Of a DNA stretch of 37,799 nt, positions 1 to 8,679 are shown piece after piece. Both the position numbers and the translations under genes were made by a program. This DNA comes from a virus (Duplodnaviria; Caudoviricetes). The notes under the pieces were generated by a model, which was not told the origin of the DNA, made no database searches, and was given only the letters and a program-made list of their open reading frames with translations. The DNA is taken from the IMG/VR virus record IMGVR_UViG_3300025738_000009, positions 1 through 37,799 of that record, one strand, 5' to 3'. The first letter of the stretch is position 1. Each line of letters begins with the position of its first letter.

Positions 1-10
1 CTATAAACAA

Positions 11-28
11 CTAGGTCTAATATATGTA
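11..28. repeat. outer arm of the telomere inverted repeat (pairs with 37641-37658)
   Basis: CTAGGTCTAATATATGTA matches the reverse complement of 37641-37658 (CTAGGTCTACTATATGTA) at 17/18 positions. Confidence 0.8.
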
Positions 29-32
29 CGAG

Positions 33-60
33 TTGACAATAGGGCTTATTAGTGTACGCT
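33..60 (+). promoter_or_regulatory. candidate sigma70 promoter for protelomerase
   Basis: TTGACA (33-38), 16 nt, TACGCT (55-60), upstream of RBS AAGGA and ATG 95. Confidence 0.4.
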
Positions 61-94
61 TATACATATTATATTTTTATCAAAAGGAATTAGC

Positions 95-1924
95 ATGAAA
101 GACACGAAATTAACGGTCGAAAAAAGCCGGGCAAAATCAGGGACGATTGATCTTCCTGCGATCATCAAAGACACCATCCGCGAAATCAATTACATCGATA
201 ACAATGACTCTTATGATCAATCTGAACGCAGTCGTCGCCACCGTGCGCTCGGTGAAAAAGTTAAAAATAAATTATTTGAAGATGGCCGAAAGCGTGAAGA
301 AGATAAAATAAAACTCACCACCTTTCGCCATTATCTAACCCGCGTTAGGCACGCCATAACAGAGCAGAACCTTCACCACCATGGGCTTGATAAGAAGTTA
401 GGTGTATTGGCAAAGCGCTATCCGAACTGGTCCAGCGACATCACAAGCATTATTCACAATAATATTAGTGATACTCGAATTGCTCATAAAAACTTATTGG
501 AAAAAATGATCAGCGGGAAAGAATTAGGAGGCGTATTAAAAAAGCTAAAACTGAATCATGAAATTTTAAAAGGCTATAAAGTTAAAAAGAAGATCGATCA
601 GCTGGCCGATCAATACCCGCTGTGGCGTAGTGACATTGAGCCTATCGTTGCAATTGAAGATAATGATGCACTCGTCGCATATAAGGCCCTAACCGATAAG
701 ACGAGTAATTATGAGGATTCATATAATGACCTTAAACCAGTGGTTCTTGATCATGAGATAATGCGCTGGTTAAAGACCGACTCAGTTCATAAGAAAATCA
801 TGGCTGACGAAGCGCAAAAAGCGGTTGAGCATAAGAAAAACAATACCATCGATGTCAGCTATCAGTGGTTAATGAGCACCATCAATCGACTACTCACACC
901 CGATACCAGCAAAGCCATCAGCTATTCATACTTGGCGCTAGGCATCGCATTCGCCACCGGTCGTCGTGCTGTTGAAGTTGTGTACCAGGGGAAGTTTGAA
1001 CTGGCGGGCGAATATGAACTCACGTTCTCAGGGGCGGCTAAAAAACGCGGTGGGGCCGACTATTCGAAAACCTATACCATTTACACACTCGTACCTGCCA
1101 AGACCGTAATGGCTGCGATCGAACTATTGAAAAAACAGCCTGAAATAATTGCACTGGATGAATTCGACAAACTGCCAGAGACCAAACGCAATACTGCTAT
1201 TGGTCAAAAGACGGGTAAAACGCTTGGCAAGGCCGCCAAACGAGTATGGCAAGATGAAAGCCGAGTATTTAAAGACACTCGCCCTGTGTGGGCTAGAATC
1301 GTTTTTGAAACCCATTTCAACAGTGATAAACGCTGGGCCAAAGTTGATGAGGATATATTCTGGCACGAACAGCTATGTCACGAAGATATCGAAACCCAAA
1401 AGGCCTATAAGCAATTCAAAATCGTGCGCACCGAAATAGTAGATAAAGGCGATGACCGGCTAACGGCCGTAAAAGGTTTACTGAAAAATCCCGACGTTGC
1501 AGCGCGGGGCGTATTGCTAAAAATCACAACATGGGCAATTAGCGAACTCGAAGAAGATCCGGCAGTTAAAATTAATCAAAACAAAATAATTGTTGGCACT
1601 GGTTGCAGTCGTCCAGCCATTAGAGATTGGCTAGCGATCGCTGCAGACGCGTTAGCAAAAAGCCCGGTATTATCACTTCCTGAAAAAGAAACGACTGCCA
1701 AGCCAGAAGCGCCTAAAGCAAAACCAGCTGATAAACCCGCGAAAAAGGCCGCCATCACCAGTCAGGCAATAAAACCACGACTAAAAGCCGTCGAAATATC
1801 GCCTGATATGTGGGACGTAGAAATAAAAATAGGTGATGAAACCTACGAATACACCTATGCCGATTGCCCCGACAAAATGGAAGCAATGAAACTTGCATGG
1901 GCTGAGCACACCGAATCTAACTAA
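95..1924 (+). CDS. telN: protelomerase (telomere resolvase)
   Basis: Motifs LAFATGRR-like (IAFATGRRAVEV), FSGAAKKR, FKDTR, HEDIETQKAYKQF with catalytic Tyr; adjacent (across the junction) to a long palindrome. Confidence 0.95.
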   Translation: MKDTKLTVEKSRAKSGTIDLPAIIKDTIREINYIDNNDSYDQSERSRRHRALGEKVKNKLFEDGRKREEDKIKLTTFRHYLTRVRHAITEQNLHHHGLDKKLGVLAKRYPNWSSDITSIIHNNISDTRIAHKNLLEKMISGKELGGVLKKLKLNHEILKGYKVKKKIDQLADQYPLWRSDIEPIVAIEDNDALVAYKALTDKTSNYEDSYNDLKPVVLDHEIMRWLKTDSVHKKIMADEAQKAVEHKKNNTIDVSYQWLMSTINRLLTPDTSKAISYSYLALGIAFATGRRAVEVVYQGKFELAGEYELTFSGAAKKRGGADYSKTYTIYTLVPAKTVMAAIELLKKQPEIIALDEFDKLPETKRNTAIGQKTGKTLGKAAKRVWQDESRVFKDTRPVWARIVFETHFNSDKRWAKVDEDIFWHEQLCHEDIETQKAYKQFKIVRTEIVDKGDDRLTAVKGLLKNPDVAARGVLLKITTWAISELEEDPAVKINQNKIIVGTGCSRPAIRDWLAIAADALAKSPVLSLPEKETTAKPEAPKAKPADKPAKKAAITSQAIKPRLKAVEISPDMWDVEIKIGDETYEYTYADCPDKMEAMKLAWAEHTESN

Positions 1925-2168
1925 CCGCATGTAATTCAGCCGGAGACCTCAACATCTCTGGCTGAATGGGTTCGCTAACAACCCCACCTCTATACTCATC
2001 ACCCAAGCGATCATTCACCTGGTCAACTAGCTGTTGAACTATTGTTAAAGCGGCCAGATCACCTGTATCCGCTGAGCCTTTACTACAGATTAATAAATCT
2101 AATAGTCCTGATGCGTTGCTCATATCCTGCATCATTGCGTCCAGTTTTGTATTATTTATCACGTCCAT
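1917..2168 (-). CDS. small ORF (83 aa), candidate antirepressor
   Basis: RBS AAGGA before ATG; converges on telN; position between telN and repA, divergent from a TF gene. Function inferred from context only. Confidence 0.65.
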   Translation of the reverse strand: MDVINNTKLDAMMQDMSNASGLLDLLICSKGSADTGDLAALTIVQQLVDQVNDRLGDEYRGGVVSEPIQPEMLRSPAELHAVS

Positions 2169-2196
2169 AAATCCTTGTTTGATAAATACCGACCTA

Positions 2197-2361
2197 CTAG
2201 TCGGATATTTTAATTACCTTATTGGGCGGCTCTGCACCACCCACTCCAGCACCGACAGGAATAGATGGTTTGATCTCAATCGCGCCACCAACCCCAGTAC
2301 CTGTGCCCCTACTTTTTCCTGCACACTTGTGATCATTATTATTATCAATTTTTTTATTCAT
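2197..2361 (-). CDS. unannotated 54-aa Gly-rich peptide
   Basis: Hand translation MNKKIDNNNDHKCAGKSRGTGTGVGGAIEIKPSIPVGAGVGGAEPPNKVIKISD; purine-rich AAGGGAATCGGG upstream; co-oriented with the 83-aa ORF. Confidence 0.55.
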   Translation of the reverse strand: MNKKIDNNNDHKCAGKSRGTGTGVGGAIEIKPSIPVGAGVGGAEPPNKVIKISD

Positions 2362-2418
2362 TTTGGTTTACCCGATTCCCTTATTGAGTGATTTTCTACT
2401 AATACTAAAGGTTGTCAA

Positions 2419-2447
2419 TTGGCTAAAATGTACACTTGTTCTATAAT
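2419..2447 (+). promoter_or_regulatory. sigma70 promoter for XRE gene, back-to-back with a minus-strand TTGACA (2418-2413)
   Basis: TTGGCT-17 nt-TATAAT. Confidence 0.65.
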
Positions 2448-2459
2448 ATGGACTATCAC

Positions 2460-2492
2460 CGTATCAGCGCGCAATATTTGCGTATTGATACG
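2460..2492. promoter_or_regulatory. imperfect palindrome, candidate operator
   Basis: CGTATCA...CGCAA TAT TTGCG...TGATACG just downstream of the promoter. Confidence 0.45.
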
Positions 2493-2567
2493 ATATTATA
2501 GAATCTATGATTACAAAAAATTACAAAATTAAGCGACGCTGAACGATGGACAGGGTTCGGTACACGC

Positions 2568-2966
2568 ATGAAATGGAGTCGAAACCGACGGAAAATCACA
2601 ATGGTTGAAGCAGCCAACCATCTAAACCAACTCGGCATTAGCAGGAGAATTGATAAAAAACATATTGAGTACTGGGAAAGGCTGAGCACCAAAAAAGAGA
2701 GCCGCGATAAATACAACCCACGTTTTCCCCACCCCGACGAAACCACCGCACTAATAGAATTTTATAGCGTAAACGGTCTTTGGATTCATGCAGCGCATCG
2801 CGAGCCAAATCTATCTCCCGACATACCCAGTGAAAACATAAGCGCGATTTATGGGCGCCCAACTCCACGATCAGACGTAGAGCTGATGGCCAATAAAAAA
2901 TTAAGATTACTAACAGAAGAAGAACTGGTGGCGATGATGAGGATTATGCGGAAGCTGAGTGAGTGA
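2568..2966 (+). CDS. XRE/Cro-CI family HTH transcription factor
   Basis: (FGTR)MKWSRNRRKITMVEAANHL...IEYWER...P..DETTALIEFYSVNGLWI fits the XRE HTH pattern; start uncertain. Confidence 0.75.
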   Translation: MKWSRNRRKITMVEAANHLNQLGISRRIDKKHIEYWERLSTKKESRDKYNPRFPHPDETTALIEFYSVNGLWIHAAHREPNLSPDIPSENISAIYGRPTPRSDVELMANKKLRLLTEEELVAMMRIMRKLSE

Positions 2967-3040
2967 ATAACGTAATAACCCCATTACCGGAATGGCGTTA
3001 ACGCTATTCAAAGCCATAGTCGATACCGTTAACGTCATTC

Positions 3041-3096
3041 CATTTAACAATTTAAACCGGTGCCATTTAACAATTTAAGCCGGTGACATTTAACAA
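3041..3096. repeat. 23-bp tandem repeat (~2.4 copies)
   Basis: CATTTAACAATTTAA(A/G)CCGGTG(C/A) at 3041 and 3064, partial copy at 3087. Confidence 0.9.
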
Positions 3097-3134
3097 ATAG
3101 AATAGCGTTTATTTCGTGGTGGCTGGGCTAATCC

Positions 3135-3425
3135 TTAGGTTTGTTTACTGTGCTCTTCATACTCATCCGTAATCTTTATTGCCTGCTTCACAGTGCTAGT
3201 AGCAATAACCTCACCTAATACTGTAAGAAACTCCTCTTCACTTCTGCCCTTACGTTCCGATTGAGGTAACATTTTTGCTTTATCAGAAGCATACATGGCA
3301 GTTAGACCATACAGAGCTGATAATAATTGTTCTTCGGTAAGATCATTATATTTTGAAAGCACACGCCCGAAAAAATCATTTTCTTTAGTCATATCTATAT
3401 CCTTGTTCAGTTCGATTTTTGCCAT
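3135..3425 (-). CDS. hypothetical protein
   Basis: 96-aa ORF at the end of the repA-strand gene run. Confidence 0.6.
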   Translation of the reverse strand: MAKIELNKDIDMTKENDFFGRVLSKYNDLTEEQLLSALYGLTAMYASDKAKMLPQSERKGRSEEEFLTVLGEVIATSTVKQAIKITDEYEEHSKQT

Positions 3426-3455
3426 AAAGGTTGAATAATTTTAATAATAACAAAA

Positions 3456-3629
3456 TCACTCATCATCTAAGCCCAATTTTTTACGTTGCCCTTCTATCTC
3501 TACAGGCGTTTTATGACTAAACAGTGCGCTGTCATACCCCTGCAAAAATACAGTTACATCAAGGATTGAGTAGACGATCATGAACAGCCAGAAAGCCGTC
3601 CAAGGGTTCATTTTTGATAAATGTTCCAT
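3456..3629 (-). CDS. small membrane protein
   Basis: Likely start MEHLSK with RBS GGAGAG; hydrophobic segment WTAFWLFMIVYSILDVTVFL. Confidence 0.6.
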   Translation of the reverse strand: MEHLSKMNPWTAFWLFMIVYSILDVTVFLQGYDSALFSHKTPVEIEGQRKKLGLDDE

Positions 3630-3630
3630 A

Positions 3631-4068
3631 TCAAACACTCTCCAATTCAGCAATTCGATCATTACACATCTTAATGCACTGTTTAACAGTCCAATGATTG
3701 ATACTTTCACTATAAATTATTGAAATATTATCTCTAAACTTAGTCACTGATGCCACGGTGGTGCTTTCTTGTAATATTGTTTTAGCCGATTGCTTACTAC
3801 TCATCACCCACGAAGCACTCATCTTTAACCACTTCTTAAAAGACGTTTTAAAGCCAATTTGAATCAATATCCAAAGAATCGTAATAGACCAAATCTTAGA
3901 ATTATATTGTGGCTTCGAATAATACCCAATGTGGAAAAATTGCACTTGGTACTCACCATCTTCTTTTGCGGGTTTGTCTTTACCAAACGACCAAAGTTCA
4001 TTCGCTATTTTAACCTGAGCGAATATCTTATCTTTAACGATCCAACCGCCAATCCGTTTAAATGCCAT
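3631..4068 (-). CDS. hypothetical protein
   Basis: Strong RBS AGGAGG; tightly packed with neighbours; one hydrophobic stretch. Confidence 0.6.
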   Translation of the reverse strand: MAFKRIGGWIVKDKIFAQVKIANELWSFGKDKPAKEDGEYQVQFFHIGYYSKPQYNSKIWSITILWILIQIGFKTSFKKWLKMSASWVMSSKQSAKTILQESTTVASVTKFRDNISIIYSESINHWTVKQCIKMCNDRIAELESV

Positions 4069-4069
4069 A

Positions 4070-4522
4070 TCAATAAACCTCCTTGATTACTTTCACTGCA
4101 CTGATATATCTACCGGGCTTATCGGAAGACAACCAATGAGATTTATTAACACCAAGTCCATAAATGTGGTGCCATTTACGCTCAGAATCTTGGAATGATC
4201 TAATACACATCTGTCCAATGCTCGCGAATTTTTCACCCTCTGCATCGTAAAGCTCAAAATAATCATCATTACAATGAATCCAGCTGCTTAGAACATACGA
4301 TTTACCTTCAATATAAAAGGCAAAATTTCTATAGTGAAAAACATCATCAAATTCAGTTATCTCTATAACTCGCTTTGGCACACCTTGTACCAGGTACTTC
4401 TTATTCTTTTCCGCGTTTCTACGTTTACGACTTAAACGAATGTCGTCTCGTTGTACGAAAATAACCGTCAAACCAAACGTAACGATCGCAGTAACGACGT
4501 AACCGATAATTGAGCCCATCAC
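4070..4522 (-). CDS. hypothetical protein with N-terminal TM helix
   Basis: IIGYVVTAIVTFGLTVIFV; directly follows the repA stop. Confidence 0.65.
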   Translation of the reverse strand: MMGSIIGYVVTAIVTFGLTVIFVQRDDIRLSRKRRNAEKNKKYLVQGVPKRVIEITEFDDVFHYRNFAFYIEGKSYVLSSWIHCNDDYFELYDAEGEKFASIGQMCIRSFQDSERKWHHIYGLGVNKSHWLSSDKPGRYISAVKVIKEVY

Positions 4523-7500
4523 CTACACCTCAGCCAAGTTAATCGGAGCAATCTGGCCCCAGCGAATGTCTAGCGCCTGTGGATCCAACCAACCGCGGGC
4601 AATCCTCATCAAGCTGCTCATGCCGGTTAAGCCCTTGCCTTGCAGCTCAGCCCACAACCCCTGCTCGCCGCCGTTGTTTTGATCAATCTGGTTGGTATTC
4701 GGTGATTTCTTTAACCATGAAATAACCGCTAATAATATGTGCTTTTGTTCAGGGGAGATTTGACCATTGTTATATATAACATGTTCTATATTTTCTCCCC
4801 CCTCGCTACAACGCCCGTCATTACTAGCAATTACACTACTTTCATCGGCTAAAAACGTCGCTATTTGGGTCGAAATCTCGCGGTTGTCGTCGTGATAATC
4901 GGCAAATTCATCTTGGGTCATGCTGTTCTGGCCGAGGTTGCTTCGAGCGGCAATGTAAAAGTTTAGCTCTGCGAATTTTTCTTCGTTAAACTTGTAATAC
5001 TGCACACCATTCAACTTCTTAGACTGCACAATCGGCGCAATACGCTCTAAAATGGCTTTAACGAATCGAGTGGCGCACGTTGGGTGTTGCTCAGACTGTG
5101 GCCCAAGGCGTAAAGCGTTGTATTTGTTCCATGCTGCGTCGCTGGCGGTGTAATGGGCTAAAACCTTGCTGCTGCCTTCAATACAGTAGTCACCTTGGCC
5201 ATCAAGCCCATCTAGGCCTAGTGTCTTTAAAATAAACTGATATTCGTTCCAACGCGGTAGCGTCATTTTACGCTGGGTAATAACAATCTGCTTCTCTTGT
5301 TCCCAATTCTCAATTTTAGCCGCGGCTTCATAATCAGCCTGAATCATTTCAAGACGTTTAACTTTTACCAAGCCATTCGCATAGTGAAATTTGATTGAAT
5401 CGGGCTCAACGGCCACACCTAGATTGTTTTCAATCTCGTAGCGCACCATCATGCGATTTTGTTCTTGAGAAACAAATTCCGCTTTTTTCAACTGCTTGTA
5501 TTCATCTTCGGTCGCTGTCTTGGCATTCATCACCAATTCTTCACGCTGTGTTTCGAATAACTCTTTACCCATTTTAATCATCTCAGCGCCTTGCTCGGCC
5601 TCTGCTTCATCTACCTGCATGCGGGTCATCTTCCAACCTTCTGCAGCAAACAACATCAAAGCGTGGGCAATGTAGGCACTGCGAGCTCGCGCTTCGGCAT
5701 TGCGAACACTTAAATACATATCATCGAATGGGGTTTTCTCAATTGCGATCGAAGTCGCTGATTCTTCCCAATTCATATCAATCGCGCTGTTTTTATACGC
5801 CTCAACCAACCCTGCAAACAAGTTTTCTTGATCAACCGCTTGGCCGCTGTGCGATGGTTTAAAGCCAATCATAAACTGCGTAGCGTTACGATCGCGACGG
5901 ATCATCTGCAAAATATCACTAGGAACAACAACACCATGGAACAAACCAAAGTGCTCAGTGAAAGAAGATTTCTCTTCACTAATAGAAACACCCGAAGAAA
6001 TCACTGGGCTATAAATAAGCACATCATAGTCAGCCGCCACGATGTTAGGGTTGTTAGAAAAGGCTAACTGAGCCTCATCACCCTTAGTTTCGCCCGTCAT
6101 TAATAGGATCTTAGCTTCTGGCCATACCTGGCGAATGTTCATTTCTAACTCAGCTGCTTTCTTTGCATAATCAGTCGCAACCAAAAAACGCACCTTACGA
6201 CGTGCAGCTTTCATAATCTGCTCGTATACGAATTCAGTATTCGAACAGTAGTTAATGTTTAAGTTAACTGCAGGTGACTCAACGTGAATGATGTTAATCA
6301 TTTCACCTGGGCGGGCCTGCTCTAAGAATTGAACCAAAGAATCGTTGGCATCAGCATCGGCCAATAAAACCTTGCCGGCATTACGAGCCGCTTTTAATAA
6401 TTTGTTATACGCACGAACAGGGGCATGAATCGCATCTTTACCGCCCATGCAATGTCTAAGGTTTTGAGTCGCTTCATCAACGCAAAGCAGCTCTATTTGA
6501 TCTAAGAACCAACCAAATTTCTCATGAATAATAGAATTAACGCAGCTAACCATCTTTGTATTATGGTTTACGTTAATGTGATCCAGCTCTTTATAGTGTT
6601 TTAAATCCAGCTCATTAGCCATTTGGTTAGCCAACGTAATACGGTGAACAATCATTGCTGCACCGTTTTCAGTCTCGCGCATCAATGGGCCCATGATGCC
6701 TTGGGTCTTACCAGTGCCGTGGCTGGCCTTCAAAATAGTAGAACCCGGTAATGCTTTGATCATCTCTAAAACATGCGCAGGAATTACAGGATGGCCCTTT
6801 TCGCTGATCTCAGCTTGAACTGTTACATAATTAACGTTTGGCTGAGCCTTAACATCATCACTAAAATTCTTAGTAGCAGCCGCATCTAAAAAGCGACGTT
6901 TAACAAGGCGAGTTAAAAACTTAGATATTTGTCGACGATCAGGGCGGGTAACATCTAAATGCTTAGGTACCGCAGCCATCACCGCGTCCATTACTTGAGT
7001 ACGGTCCATCTGATCAGGAATATACATGGCGCCAGCGGCAACGGCTTGATTAGCAATCTTCTTCCAGCTCTTATCGCCAGCCAATGCTAAATGCTGCAGC
7101 TTATTCTTCAGCATGTTCTTATCAGCAACTAACTTATTAGTGCCACGGCCCCATAACTGCTTGGCCATTAGCTTCTGGCCACCTAACATTGCTAAATCGT
7201 CATAGTCTGTTGGCTGGCTTTCAATAGAAACATCATCAAACGTTGGGTAAGTAACCTTCACGCCTAGCTTGCCCGACAGTTCTAATGCAGCCGATAAACC
7301 CGGGTTACTGTTACCTTTTAACCATGTAAAGTGATCGTTATCGGCACGAATAGTATGAGTTTTTGCAGTAAGGCGTTGCTGATAATGCGGAACAATACGG
7401 CTTAAACCGCTTTTATCGATACAAACAATAACCGCAACATCGCTTTTCCCTTCAGCAATTGCCGCATTGAAGATTTTGACGCCATTTGCCCAGCCCTCAG

Positions 7501-8311
7501 AATAATCAATCTGCGTTGCAGTATTAATATCGCCTAGAACGTAATGCGCTTCAGTAGTAACAGTACCCGTGGAATGCATTTTAAAACCATCAGCATAAAT
7601 ACGCTGATGGCCAATGTAAGCACCGGCGAAATTTTGCAGAGGAATTGCCAACCAGCTGCGTAAAAATTTACGCTTACGGCCTTTATGCATTTCTTTCTTA
7701 GTAACAATGGCCAAACCGTCCATCATTGCTAGAACATCAGCACTGATACCTTTTTTAATTGCGTAAGGATGGGCCGCAATAGCCGCCAGTGAAAAATCAC
7801 CTTGGTTATAAACGTGCTGATAAATCGCGCGATTTTTAACATCGTGCTTATCAGCGATACGCTCTAATTTTTCAGCGTGAGATTTTTTCTTGTCTTGTTC
7901 AGCTTGCTTAATAGCTCGCTCAGCATTAATGCGATCGCGTTCGATGTCTGATAAAAACTGGCCACCTTCACGCTCGTATAATTCGACTAACGCGGCATAG
8001 CCGTTAAAATATTCAGTGCCATCAACGTGAGAAGTAAATTGAATAACAGGGTAGCGGATGCCGTTGCGCGCTTCACGCCAGTTTAATTCCATGAAATGGC
8101 GTTGCTTAGAATCGGTATGCTTAACGTCTTTGTTTTTCAGCATCTTACCAGGCACAAATCGATCAGTATTCGATTTGTCCCAGTCGATTTTAACCATGGA
8201 TCCTATTGAAGATAAGTCGAAGCTAAATTCATTGAACCAATCGCCAGTGTTATCGGCTTCACCGAAACGTTCTGTCTTGAATCTAACTAAACCTGCGCGC
8301 TGATTATCCAT
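4523..8311 (-). CDS. repA: RepA-like primase-helicase replication protein
   Basis: 1262 aa; Toprim-like motifs (SEGWANG, IRADND, PTDYDDL), Walker A ASHGTGKT, Walker B LCVDEATQ, SPVISSGVS; position as in N15-like phages. Confidence 0.9.
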   Translation of the reverse strand: MDNQRAGLVRFKTERFGEADNTGDWFNEFSFDLSSIGSMVKIDWDKSNTDRFVPGKMLKNKDVKHTDSKQRHFMELNWREARNGIRYPVIQFTSHVDGTEYFNGYAALVELYEREGGQFLSDIERDRINAERAIKQAEQDKKKSHAEKLERIADKHDVKNRAIYQHVYNQGDFSLAAIAAHPYAIKKGISADVLAMMDGLAIVTKKEMHKGRKRKFLRSWLAIPLQNFAGAYIGHQRIYADGFKMHSTGTVTTEAHYVLGDINTATQIDYSEGWANGVKIFNAAIAEGKSDVAVIVCIDKSGLSRIVPHYQQRLTAKTHTIRADNDHFTWLKGNSNPGLSAALELSGKLGVKVTYPTFDDVSIESQPTDYDDLAMLGGQKLMAKQLWGRGTNKLVADKNMLKNKLQHLALAGDKSWKKIANQAVAAGAMYIPDQMDRTQVMDAVMAAVPKHLDVTRPDRRQISKFLTRLVKRRFLDAAATKNFSDDVKAQPNVNYVTVQAEISEKGHPVIPAHVLEMIKALPGSTILKASHGTGKTQGIMGPLMRETENGAAMIVHRITLANQMANELDLKHYKELDHINVNHNTKMVSCVNSIIHEKFGWFLDQIELLCVDEATQNLRHCMGGKDAIHAPVRAYNKLLKAARNAGKVLLADADANDSLVQFLEQARPGEMINIIHVESPAVNLNINYCSNTEFVYEQIMKAARRKVRFLVATDYAKKAAELEMNIRQVWPEAKILLMTGETKGDEAQLAFSNNPNIVAADYDVLIYSPVISSGVSISEEKSSFTEHFGLFHGVVVPSDILQMIRRDRNATQFMIGFKPSHSGQAVDQENLFAGLVEAYKNSAIDMNWEESATSIAIEKTPFDDMYLSVRNAEARARSAYIAHALMLFAAEGWKMTRMQVDEAEAEQGAEMIKMGKELFETQREELVMNAKTATEDEYKQLKKAEFVSQEQNRMMVRYEIENNLGVAVEPDSIKFHYANGLVKVKRLEMIQADYEAAAKIENWEQEKQIVITQRKMTLPRWNEYQFILKTLGLDGLDGQGDYCIEGSSKVLAHYTASDAAWNKYNALRLGPQSEQHPTCATRFVKAILERIAPIVQSKKLNGVQYYKFNEEKFAELNFYIAARSNLGQNSMTQDEFADYHDDNREISTQIATFLADESSVIASNDGRCSEGGENIEHVIYNNGQISPEQKHILLAVISWLKKSPNTNQIDQNNGGEQGLWAELQGKGLTGMSSLMRIARGWLDPQALDIRWGQIAPINLAEV

Positions 8312-8321
8312 AATATTCCGT

Positions 8322-8377
8322 TTACGTATATACGCGAAACCGTTTAACCGTTTTTGCGGTTATTCGTATTTGCGTAT
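8322..8377. repeat. 8-bp-period octamer array (7 units) upstream of repA
   Basis: TTACGTAT ATACGCGA AACCGTTT AACCGTTT TTGCGGTT ATTCGTAT TTGCGTAT; CG at 8325,33,41,49,57,65,73. Confidence 0.85.
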
Positions 8378-8405
8378 TGGCATTCGGAAACAAGAGGACT
8401 ATAAT
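8377..8405 (+). promoter_or_regulatory. sigma70 promoter antisense to the repA leader
   Basis: TTGGCA-17 nt-TATAAT. Confidence 0.7.
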
Positions 8406-8411
8406 AAGAGC

Positions 8412-8522
8412 CATAGTGTTTCCAAATGCAAAATGAACTGTGCTTTTGAACACGTTAAATCCGGTCCTTGTAAAACCGGTGCATTATCTTAAAAGCGGCT
8501 GCTTCAACAGCTGCTTTTTTTT
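8412..8522 (+). ncRNA. putative ~110-nt counter-transcribed RNA
   Basis: Bounded by a near-consensus promoter and an intrinsic terminator; no credible ORF; 5' end estimated. Confidence 0.55.
8491..8522 (+). terminator. intrinsic terminator (possibly bidirectional)
   Basis: AAAAGCGGCTG-loop-CAGCTGC-T8. Confidence 0.75.
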
Positions 8523-8679
8523 GGGCGTAACAAAAGCAAATTTTAACATATTGCGGTCGTTATACCTATTTGATCAAATTCCGACCAAATATATTCCTAA
8601 AAATGCTGAAAGCAGCCTCCGGCTTGGAGACTGTATCTATATTAGCGCGAATTCACTTTTAGAGGAATTATATTTTCAC

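Noticed and set aside
370-775. Internal duplication in protelomerase (YPNW...NHEI / YPLW...DHEI)
   Set aside because: A similar double YP-aromatic module is, from recall, present in N15 TelN, so it is probably not novel
3041-3096. Mini CRISPR array
   Set aside because: Repeats are directly tandem with no unique spacers, and there are no cas genes
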